Assembly (NCBI RefSeq): GCF_902774605.1
Contig: NZ_CACYJE010000006.1
Coordinates: 3,818-67,817, forward strand
Length of the DNA stretch: 64,000 bases
Origin: an uncultured Methanobrevibacter sp.
Lineage (GTDB): Archaea; Methanobacteriota; Methanobacteria; Methanobacteriales; Methanobacteriaceae
Direction of reading: 5' to 3'
A model generated the notes under the pieces. It worked only from the letters and a program-made list of their open reading frames with translations, was not told the DNA's origin and ran no database searches. Shown piece by piece: positions 18,615-27,364 of the stretch; the first letter of the stretch is position 1, and every line of letters begins with the position of its first letter. A program made the translations under genes and the position numbers.

Positions 18615-20579
18615 ATGGAAATTATTAATGAAAAACAAACACCTAAGAAAAGCTTGAAAAGAAGTTTGATCGTATTTATCGGAAACATCATCGGAATATA
18701 CCTGATAAGCTTTTTAGGATTGGGGGTCGAGGTCAGCCACTCCGGCGACATACTGCTTCTGGTACTGTTCCTCGGTCTGGTCAATGCAATACTCTGGCCA
18801 ATCCTTACAAGAATAGCCATGCCGTTTCTGGTCCTGACCTTCGGAGTGGGGACACTGATACTCAACGGGCTCCTTCTCCAACTGCTCGCTCCAATGTTTG
18901 GAATAGCAATCAAGGGCCCTGCAATAATCCTGGCACCATTAGGAATGGCAGCCGTCACAACCGTACTGTCCTCATTGATAACAATCAACGACGACAGCTC
19001 CTACTACAGGTCTGTTTTAAGGGATGCTGAAAAGAAAAGGAAAGGCAGCGTCAAGGATTATCCTGGAGTCATAATCGTTGAAATCGACGGGCTCGCCCAT
19101 AAGGTTCTCCTTGAAGCCGTTGACAGGGGAGTCATGCCGACCATGAAAGGGATGATTGAAAGCAACGATTACAAACTCAGAATGTGGGAAACCGACCTGT
19201 CATCCCAAACCGGTGCAAGCCAGGCGGGAATCCTTCACGGAAACAATGAAGGCATCGTGGCATTCAGATGGATAGAGAAAAGCAACGGCAACCAGATGAT
19301 GCAATGCTCAGGAATCACCAAGGTCCCTGAACTGGAAAAGAGAATATCCAACGGGGACGGATTGCTCGTCGACAACGGAGCAAGCAGGTCCAACCTGTTT
19401 TCCGGAGACACCGACAATGTGATATTCACATTCAGTAAGATCATGGACTTCGGCAAACTCTACAATAAGGCATGGTACTCAGTATTCTCCAATCCAAGCA
19501 ACTTTGCACGCATAGTCGCGTTGTTCCTTGCCGACATGATTCGGGAGATATGGTCACAGATCACACATTCAATAAGAAACGTCAGGCCAAGGATTAACCG
19601 TGGAATAATGTACATTCCAACCAGGGGCGCCACAAACGTGTTCATGAGGGAAATCAACACTTCAACACTCATCGGGGACATGATGGTCGGGGACATCGAC
19701 GTTGCATACTCAACCTACCTAGGCTACGACGAGATAGCCCACCACTCCGGAGTGAGGGACAGTGACGCATGGATAGCCCTAAAGCAGATGGACGATCAAA
19801 TCAAGCACCTAACCGATGCGAACAAATACTCCCCTAGGGACTACCAGTTCGTGATTCAATCCGACCACGGCCAGACAAACGGAGCCACATTCACCCAGAG
19901 ATACGGGCAAACCTTTGAGGACTTCGTCAAATCCCTGCTTCCGGAAGACATGACAATGTTCGCCAAGATGACATCAAACGATGATCACTTTGTAGGGGAC
20001 TACACTCCATTTGCAAGGAAAAAGAAAAAAATAGAGAATGAGAAAAAGGAAGCCCAGGAATTAAGCGACTCCGAAGTCATCGTGTTGGCTTCAGGAAACC
20101 TTGCAATGATTTACCTGACACAATGGAGCAGAAGACTGACCTACGAGGAGCTTAACGGCTATTTCCCTGAACTGATACCTGGACTCATCAACAATGAGTA
20201 TGTAGGATTCATCCTCGTCAAGTCCCAGGAACACGGAGACATGGCCATTGGAAAGAATGGAACCTACTACCTGGACAGTGACAAGATCGATGGCGAAAAC
20301 CCTCTTGAAGGATTCGGAGACAATATCGCAAGGCACCTGAGAAGAACAAGTTCATTCGAGCATACACCAGACATCCTGGTGAACAGTTTCTATGATGAGG
20401 AGGCCGATGAGGTATGCGCATTCGAGGAATTGGTTGGAAGCCACGGCGGAGCCGGAGGAGACCAGTCAAAACCATTCATACTTTACCCTTCAAGCTGGAA
20501 TGTCAGCGATGATGATATTATCGGTGCGGAAAACATTTATAAACTGTTAAAAGAGAATTTAGCTCAATTGAAAAAATAA
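18615..20579 (+). CDS. 4-TMS phage-holin-like domain fused to alkaline-phosphatase-superfamily (phosphodiesterase) domain
   Basis: LGLVNAILWPIL..LTFG...L..NG (holin superfamily IV pattern); EIDGL, SSQTGASQ, YDEIAHH, SDHG, GSHGG metal ligands. Confidence 0.75.
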   Translation: MEIINEKQTPKKSLKRSLIVFIGNIIGIYLISFLGLGVEVSHSGDILLLVLFLGLVNAILWPILTRIAMPFLVLTFGVGTLILNGLLLQLLAPMFGIAIKGPAIILAPLGMAAVTTVLSSLITINDDSSYYRSVLRDAEKKRKGSVKDYPGVIIVEIDGLAHKVLLEAVDRGVMPTMKGMIESNDYKLRMWETDLSSQTGASQAGILHGNNEGIVAFRWIEKSNGNQMMQCSGITKVPELEKRISNGDGLLVDNGASRSNLFSGDTDNVIFTFSKIMDFGKLYNKAWYSVFSNPSNFARIVALFLADMIREIWSQITHSIRNVRPRINRGIMYIPTRGATNVFMREINTSTLIGDMMVGDIDVAYSTYLGYDEIAHHSGVRDSDAWIALKQMDDQIKHLTDANKYSPRDYQFVIQSDHGQTNGATFTQRYGQTFEDFVKSLLPEDMTMFAKMTSNDDHFVGDYTPFARKKKKIENEKKEAQELSDSEVIVLASGNLAMIYLTQWSRRLTYEELNGYFPELIPGLINNEYVGFILVKSQEHGDMAIGKNGTYYLDSDKIDGENPLEGFGDNIARHLRRTSSFEHTPDILVNSFYDEEADEVCAFEELVGSHGGAGGDQSKPFILYPSSWNVSDDDIIGAENIYKLLKENLAQLKK

Positions 20580-20620
20580 GCAAAGAAAAACAAGAAAAAG
20601 GTATGGAATAAATCCATATC

Positions 20621-21433
20621 TTATTTACTATTTTTTATCAGGGATTCCAATTCATCCAAACGTTCATTCAATTCCCTTTCACGTTTTTGATTATGCCTTA
20701 TCAAGATGGCTGCAGTCAATGTTGCAGTACCTACACCAGATATGATGTAACCGCTCCAAACCAGAACTATACTTGTCAGCTTACCGATTCCGGATTTACC
20801 GAGCACTGCATAACCGTTACTTGTAAATGCATTGGAAACCATTACAGCAGAATTTAAAGGCTCAACGCCTTCAGCGAATAAAGTGATGATGAAGCTGGCG
20901 AAAACTATAGTGAACAATAGGACAATAGTGATTCCAAGACCGTTTGTCTCGGTATACTTCCAGAATTTTGAGAAATACACCTTGATGAAGTATAGATAAA
21001 CGAGAATATGAATTATATAAATCGGCCAGATACTGAGAAAATCACCTGAAACAAGCAAAATTATTGATTCATAAGGCACCAATAGGAAAAACAATATCTT
21101 ATTATACCATTTGCTGTAATCCAGTGTTAAAGCAATATACACTGATAATATGATCTGTAAAACAGCAATAGGAATTATCTCATTTGCCTGAACCATCATG
21201 ATGTACAATATGAACACAAAGAGTATCATCATCATTATCAGGTAGAAAACCTGCCTTAACGTTTCAAGTTCCTCTTCAGGGAAATACTCCTTCGGGTTTA
21301 AAACTCTACTGCCACTATTCGATAATCTTGCATGAATAAATTTTCCAACTGCAAAAATCACTCCAAAAATTAAAATTGGAATGACCAATTCACAGACAAC
21401 TTTCAAAACTTCCATAATAATATAATATATCAA
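20621..21433 (-). CDS. Multi-TM membrane protein with C-terminal Ion_trans_2-like pore region
   Basis: TM-SAVMVSNAFTSNGYA-GKLTSIVLVWSG...G..TATL pattern, then coiled coil. Confidence 0.55.
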   Translation of the reverse strand: MIYYIIMEVLKVVCELVIPILIFGVIFAVGKFIHARLSNSGSRVLNPKEYFPEEELETLRQVFYLIMMMILFVFILYIMMVQANEIIPIAVLQIILSVYIALTLDYSKWYNKILFFLLVPYESIILLVSGDFLSIWPIYIIHILVYLYFIKVYFSKFWKYTETNGLGITIVLLFTIVFASFIITLFAEGVEPLNSAVMVSNAFTSNGYAVLGKSGIGKLTSIVLVWSGYIISGVGTATLTAAILIRHNQKRERELNERLDELESLIKNSK

Positions 21434-21899
21434 AACATATATTTAACCTTGACATTCAACCCATATTAAAAAACATGTTGAAAAACCGCCATTTTAATGA
21501 ATGATTGAGATAAATCTTTAAATATATGACATACAATTCAAAAAAAGTCGATCATGAAAAAGACAACATCACCATGCTTTCTGATTGGAAATGTCCATGA
21601 GTTTCATTAACTGTGAAAATTATTTTTTACTTAAAACACCATCAACTTGCAGGCAATAATGCGACTTGCATTGCCTGCGTATGAATTGCCCTAAAGGAAA
21701 TTACTCATCAAATGCACCATATTAACTTTTAAATAGTAACAGGGACTAAAATAATAAGTGACAACCATTTAAGAATTGTCGAGCCCTTGGTTGAGGTGAA
21801 ATGTCCATGCGCCAATGAATCCTTGCCGAGGATTTCGATGAAATGACGTTGAATTTAAGAATTGATTCCCAAAAGGGAAACCGACAGGAGGCTATTAAA

Positions 21900-22046
21900 A
21901 TGATGGAAAACATGATAATGAATGTTATTAGGATAGCAATAATACTGTTCATAGTATATGCAGTATTCAAAGGCTTGAAAACATTATTGAAGATAGGAAT
22001 AATCATATTCATCATATCTTTAATATTAGGATTCCTAGGATTCTAA
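21900..22046 (+). CDS. 48-aa hydrophobic small membrane protein
   Basis: CAGGAGG SD before ATG at 21900; two hydrophobic segments flanking KGLKTLLK; hairpin plus T-tract downstream. Confidence 0.6.
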   Translation: MMENMIMNVIRIAIILFIVYAVFKGLKTLLKIGIIIFIISLILGFLGF

Positions 22047-22377
22047 ATCCTAACTCCTAAACTTTTTTTTACATTATGCTCTTACCTTAAATTACAACAT
22101 GATTCACCATTAAACCACAATTATTGTTTTAAAAGATTAAAAAACATACTTCCACATTTAGTTTTTACCTTAATCGCCCATAATCCCTTTGATACAAATA
22201 CGAAATAGCAATAAATCAAGCATGAAACATTAACGGTTACTATGATTGTCACAAAAACTATATAAAACAGTAAAAAAAGAAAAAATAATAGGATATAATA
22301 TATCAAACATATCCAAAATGACAAAAAAAGTCTGTTATATGTAAATATTAACAATTATAATTGGAGGATTAAAAAAA

Positions 22378-23901
22378 ATGAACGAAACAGCCCAGGAAAC
22401 ATCTTGGACTCCACTATTAGTAATCGCTTTTGCCGCCTTCATTATAGCTTTGGATGCTACATTCATGAATGTGAGTATCTCTCAGGTTGTTGTAGACCTG
22501 AAAACTGATGTGAGCACAATTCAGTCAATCATGTCATTTTACACTCTCATTACCGCAGCATTCATGCTTTTAAGCGCAAAACTTCAGGACATAGTGGGTA
22601 AGAAGAAACTGTTCCTAATAGGTGCTGCACTTTACGGTGTAGGTACATTCACCGCAGCAGTAAGTGCAAATGCCACAATGCTATTCCTCGGATGGTCATT
22701 GATCGAAGGTGTCGCTGGAGCATTAATGCTTCCTGCTACCGTTTCCCTGATCAGTGGAACATACGTCGGTGAAAAACGTACAGTTGCATTGGCAATTGTG
22801 GGTGTAATGGGTGCAGTTGCAGCAGCTATCGGCCCTCTCTTCGGAGGAATCATGACAACCTATCTCAGTTGGAGATACGGATTTGCAGTTGAATTAGTAA
22901 TCGTATTCCTAATTTTAATATTAAGAAACAGTATACCTGATTTCAAACCTACCGAATCCAGAGACGATTTGGACATTACAGGTGCAATAATCTCATTTAT
23001 AGGCCTTGTCCTGTTAGTTCTAGGTATTTTATCATTAACCAAAGATACCACTAGCAGCATAGTCACAATCATCATAGGATTAGTTGCATTGGCCGCCTTT
23101 GCATACTTTGAAATCAGAAGAAAAAGAAATGGCCAAGTGCCATTGCTTGATATGGACTTATTTAAAGACAGAAACTTGCGTACTGGAACTTTAGTTTTAT
23201 TATTAAGTTACCTTTCAATGGGTGGGGCATTGTTTGCAATTTCCCTGTTCTTGCAAAGCGTACTGAAGTTAAACGCATTCAACACCGGTTTGACTACACT
23301 GCCACTGACTATAGGATTGCTTATTTTCGCAATCATAGCACCTAGTTTAACCGTAAAATTGAATCACAAGACAATCATTGCAATAGGATGTATAATGTCA
23401 ATCATAGGATGTCTGATTTTAAGCTATCAATTCAGACTCGACACAACACTCTTCACCTTAATGCCAGGACTCTTCGTGCTGGGTGCAGGACTCGGTTTCA
23501 TCATGGCATTATGTACAGACATTTCACTGGCCAACGTCCCGGCGGAAAGCCAGAACAATGCATCCGGTATTAATTCAACCGGTCAGTCATTAGGTGAATC
23601 AATGGGTACAGCAATCATCGGAATAATTCTAATCTTAGGAGTTATGGGTGCTATCGGCACTGCTGTCGACACTTATGCGCCTGAACATTCAGGAGATGCA
23701 CAATTCCATCAGGATGTTGCTAATTACTTGCAGAAAGTCGGTAATGTAGACAACCTTCAGGACAACAGTACATTTGTAGATGCAGTGAACCTCATTATCC
23801 AAAATACCATGGCATTCGTGATGCAGGTAACAGCAGTGATAATGGCGATTGTATTTATTCTAACGCTACGGCTGCAGACTATAAAACCCGGGAAAAAATG
23901 A
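22378..23901 (+). CDS. MFS DHA2 (EmrB/QacA-like, 14-TMS) efflux transporter
   Basis: LDATFMNV, D..GKKK motif A, AIGPLFGG, D..GA, PLLDMDLFK.RN. Confidence 0.88.
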   Translation: MNETAQETSWTPLLVIAFAAFIIALDATFMNVSISQVVVDLKTDVSTIQSIMSFYTLITAAFMLLSAKLQDIVGKKKLFLIGAALYGVGTFTAAVSANATMLFLGWSLIEGVAGALMLPATVSLISGTYVGEKRTVALAIVGVMGAVAAAIGPLFGGIMTTYLSWRYGFAVELVIVFLILILRNSIPDFKPTESRDDLDITGAIISFIGLVLLVLGILSLTKDTTSSIVTIIIGLVALAAFAYFEIRRKRNGQVPLLDMDLFKDRNLRTGTLVLLLSYLSMGGALFAISLFLQSVLKLNAFNTGLTTLPLTIGLLIFAIIAPSLTVKLNHKTIIAIGCIMSIIGCLILSYQFRLDTTLFTLMPGLFVLGAGLGFIMALCTDISLANVPAESQNNASGINSTGQSLGESMGTAIIGIILILGVMGAIGTAVDTYAPEHSGDAQFHQDVANYLQKVGNVDNLQDNSTFVDAVNLIIQNTMAFVMQVTAVIMAIVFILTLRLQTIKPGKK

Positions 23902-24028
23902 GAGTTTACCCTCTCATTAACTTCTTTTTTTTTAACTTCTTTTTTTTGTTTGTTTTGAACACCCGGTTTTTTAGAATTTCAAAACATGACAATGATTAAA
24001 TAATCTAAAACATATACATATTAATGTG

Positions 24029-24078
24029 AAAAGCATACTGCTTTTTTTAGTTTTTTAGATTTCACTTGAAAAAGTGAA
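24029..24078 (+). promoter_or_regulatory. Two-hairpin 5' leader, copy 2
   Basis: AAAAGCA-tac-TGCTTTT(TTT) and TTCACTT-gaaa-AAGTGAA. Confidence 0.55.
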
Positions 24079-24104
24079 CGAAACAATTTTTGGGAGGAAA
24101 AAAC

Positions 24105-24560
24105 ATGGAACAAAACCAGGCAGCAGGAATAGTGGCTGTGATTTTAGGATTGATCTTCATCATTTGTCCTATATTCAGTTCAATAGCATTAACTGTTCTT
24201 ATTGGGTTAAGTTTAGTATTCCTAGGTATAGCATTGATACTAAGTGGATTTTCTGCATTAAACATCATTATCGGAATTCTAGCCATAATAGTGGGTGCAG
24301 CGTTCACATTTAATATTGGAGCATTATCCGTCCTTTTAGGATTACAATTCTATGTAATCGGTATCCTGATGATTTTAACAGGTGTTACAGGTCTCATTTC
24401 AGGATCACAAATATCCAAAATCGCTTCAGTATTGATGATCATCTTAGGTATAGTGTCCTTTGCCTTTGGAGGACTTTCAATAGGCCAACCATTATACGCC
24501 CCAATACTCATCGGTATAGGTTTAATCGTCCAAGGTATAAGCTTATATCTTAGCGAATAG
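24105..24560 (+). CDS. DUF308/HdeD-like integral membrane protein, paralog 2
   Basis: Collinear with 16192..16647 (ILGLIFII.PI.SS, GLQFY.IG, FA.GGLS); start MEQNQ after GGGAGG. Confidence 0.7.
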   Translation: MEQNQAAGIVAVILGLIFIICPIFSSIALTVLIGLSLVFLGIALILSGFSALNIIIGILAIIVGAAFTFNIGALSVLLGLQFYVIGILMILTGVTGLISGSQISKIASVLMIILGIVSFAFGGLSIGQPLYAPILIGIGLIVQGISLYLSE

Positions 24561-24568
24561 AATTCAAA

Positions 24569-24589
24569 AAGCAATCTTCATGATTGCTT
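24569..24589 (+). terminator. Hairpin plus T-tract
   Basis: AAGCAATC-ttcat-GATTGCTT. Confidence 0.65.
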
Positions 24590-24669
24590 CAATTATTTTT
24601 TTTACACTATTTTTTTAACCAATATCTCATAAATTAAATGACACACAAACATTACAACAAGGTGGAAAA

Positions 24670-25085
24670 ATGAGGATAATCAAGGTATCAATTCTAATTT
24701 TAACAGCCTGTTGCTAAGCGTTTCTTTCGCATCAGCGGTTGACATATCAGAGTTCAATCCGCCAAAAGGATTTGATGAAGGATTCGGTGAGTCAATGGAT
24801 TATGATGACTATTCCATTGTCATCGAGGATTATGACACCGATTTCGACAAAGACCTGTTTAAAGGAGACAATTTCAACCACATAACCGTCAAGGGCATGA
24901 TGGCTGAGTTCAACGACACTTTCCATGATGAGGTTGGAGCAATGGAGCTCATTAAAATAGGCAAGGAGCACCATGTCGTCAAATGCAAGTACGATGGTGA
25001 TGACGCCTCCAAAATCAGCGATTGTGTCAAATACCTGAAGGAGTTCAACAGGAAAAACAATTTAAACCCTGAAAAGATCAAGTAG
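24670..25085 (+). pseudogene. Secreted hypothetical protein with a 1-nt frameshift in the signal peptide (pseudogene or sequencing error)
   Basis: GGTGG SD + MRIIKVSILILTA (stops after CC), continuing in another frame as LLSVSFASAVDISEF...; one missing base near 24708 restores a complete signal peptide. Confidence 0.6.
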
Positions 25086-25585
25086 GGATGAGGCGGGCAA
25101 AGCCGCTTCGAGATTTAAAATTTCTTTAATGCAGTGAATCTAACCGCATAATTTACAGACATTCAAGTTTTAGAACATCCCAGGTTTGAAAAGCATGAGA
25201 ATTCTTGCACAAAACGATGAAATTCAATCCATCCATTTTAAATATTTGTAAAGCTTCCCACCCAAAATATTTATATACTCAGCAATACTAACTTATCTTA
25301 TGGAAAAAATAACTATTGTTATATAGTTCATGTTTTGAAGGGATTCCATTTTTTCCATGATACTCGGGCAATATTGAAAAAATATAACTTGAAAAGGTCT
25401 TGATATCTAATCTAACCCATTAAAAATTAATAGTCTCCAAAAAATCAAGTTATATGGAAATATTAATGATAAAAACAATAACTCCTTAAACATGAAACAC
25501 GCATTAATATTTTCAATGAAAGGGCATCTATCCGATGCCCTTAAACCTATTTAAATTTCAGAATACAAATAGATTAAATGATAAA

Positions 25586-26590
25586 ATGAATTTGCAAGAC
25601 AAGATCAATATTGTTAAGGACATCCTCAAGGATGAAAAAGTGGCCATCGGCTTTTCAGGCGGTGCCGATTCAACCCTGATTGCATACCTTTCGTCAAAGG
25701 TTGCCCGGGACACCTTGGCAATAACAATCAACAATCACCTATTCCCAACCGGATTTATCGAACATGCCCGAAGGACAGCGAAATCATTTGGGATAAGGCA
25801 TGAGATAATCGACATCGACTTCTACGAGGATGAATCATTCCTCTCAAACGCTCCAAGCAGATGCCACACCTGCAGGAATCTCATGTATTCGGAAATTGAA
25901 AGGCTAGCTAGAAAGGAAGGCTTTGATTTCATCTGCGACGGCAACAACATAAGCGACCTTGTGGCTGACAGGCCTGGAATACTGATAACCTATGCCAAGG
26001 GATTCAAGACACCATTCATTGAAGCCAAGCTGACCTCCAGGGAGATTCATGAGTACCTGGATGCGAACAACGTCCCCTATTCAAGGTCAACCACCTGCCT
26101 TGCAACAAGGATTCCCACAAACACCCCCACAACCCGGGAAAAAATCGACAGAATCAGCCATTGCGAGGACTATATCCTGGCCGGCACATCCTGCGAAATA
26201 GTCAAAGTCCGTGACAATGGGGAAGTTGGTATTGTTGAAGTGGACAACATCAGTGAAATTCTATCTGATGATAAGTTTAATCAAATCAATGATGAATTAA
26301 AAGGACAAGGCTTTAGGAAAGTTGCACTAGATTTGTCGGAAATTGATGATAATGAATACATCAGCATCGACTATGATGAGGGCCGGTTTTCATACCGGCT
26401 GCCATATACGATAAACCTCGAAGACACAGGAAAGCAACTGGAAATTATTAATAAAACCAAAGATAAACTAGAACTAGAAAACATTGACATTCATGAAAAC
26501 GGATTGATCGAAGGCCACGGATTCAATAGCCATGATGAAGCACTGGACGCATTCATGAATGCCCTTAGAAAATTGAGAAGAAACATTTAG
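25586..26590 (+). CDS. LarE-family PP-loop ATP-dependent sulfur transferase
   Basis: GFSGGADS PP-loop, RCHTCR, DGNN.SD...DRPG, TTCLATRIP, VKVR; start MNLQDK. Confidence 0.75.
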   Translation: MNLQDKINIVKDILKDEKVAIGFSGGADSTLIAYLSSKVARDTLAITINNHLFPTGFIEHARRTAKSFGIRHEIIDIDFYEDESFLSNAPSRCHTCRNLMYSEIERLARKEGFDFICDGNNISDLVADRPGILITYAKGFKTPFIEAKLTSREIHEYLDANNVPYSRSTTCLATRIPTNTPTTREKIDRISHCEDYILAGTSCEIVKVRDNGEVGIVEVDNISEILSDDKFNQINDELKGQGFRKVALDLSEIDDNEYISIDYDEGRFSYRLPYTINLEDTGKQLEIINKTKDKLELENIDIHENGLIEGHGFNSHDEALDAFMNALRKLRRNI

Positions 26591-26600
26591 GAGAAAAAAT

Positions 26601-27356
26601 ATGCCAACAAGATACATTGGTGACGGATACTGGGAAATAGCTTCCCGCCAAATGAGTATAGTAACAAGAAGCGAACAGGAAAGATTCAAAGACGCCAAAA
26701 TCACAGTCATCGGCTGCGGAGGAATCGGCGGCGAGACAATTGAAATGCTTGCAAGAATGGGCATCGGCGAACTGGTGCTTGTTGATGAGGACGCATTCGA
26801 CCTGTCCAACCTGAACCGCCAAACACTAGCAAGCCTAAAAGATTTAGGATTATCCAAAAGCGCAGTTGCAGCGGACAAGGTAAGGCTAATCAACCCATAC
26901 GTAAAGGTGACAGCATTCCACGAGCACGTTGACGGCGACAACATCGACATAATCATCGGCGACTCCGATATCGTCATAGACGCATTGGACAATGTCCTTA
27001 CAAGAGTCATAGTGTCACGCAAGGCCCTGGAAAAAGGCATCCCTTATATACATGGTGCGATTCATGGAACATTAGGCCAGATCACAGTGTTCCTGCCGAA
27101 CAGCGACAAGACCTATGAGGAAATGTTCAACCTGCCTTCACAAGGAAAGGAATTGGATGGCGAAACAATAGAAGCGTTGAAGAATGTCACTTCAGGCGTT
27201 CCGCCGGTCATCGGACCCACACCTAACCTAATAGGTTGTCTTGAGGCGATGGAAGCTTATAAAATATTGACTGGAGTCGGCAAGGTCACCGTTGCTCCGA
27301 AAATCTTAACCTTTGACCTGCTTGATTTAGGTTCATTCAGCCTGGATGAACTTTAA
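26601..27356 (+). CDS. ThiF/MoeB/HesA-family adenylyltransferase (E1-like)
   Basis: VIGCGGIGG, DEDAFDLSNLNRQ, VIDALDN, PYIHGA. Confidence 0.88.
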   Translation: MPTRYIGDGYWEIASRQMSIVTRSEQERFKDAKITVIGCGGIGGETIEMLARMGIGELVLVDEDAFDLSNLNRQTLASLKDLGLSKSAVAADKVRLINPYVKVTAFHEHVDGDNIDIIIGDSDIVIDALDNVLTRVIVSRKALEKGIPYIHGAIHGTLGQITVFLPNSDKTYEEMFNLPSQGKELDGETIEALKNVTSGVPPVIGPTPNLIGCLEAMEAYKILTGVGKVTVAPKILTFDLLDLGSFSLDEL

Positions 27357-27364
27357 ATCCATCC

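Noticed and set aside
18615-20579. Prophage inferred from the holin-like domain
   Set aside because: No integrase, capsid, terminase or endolysin genes in the window.
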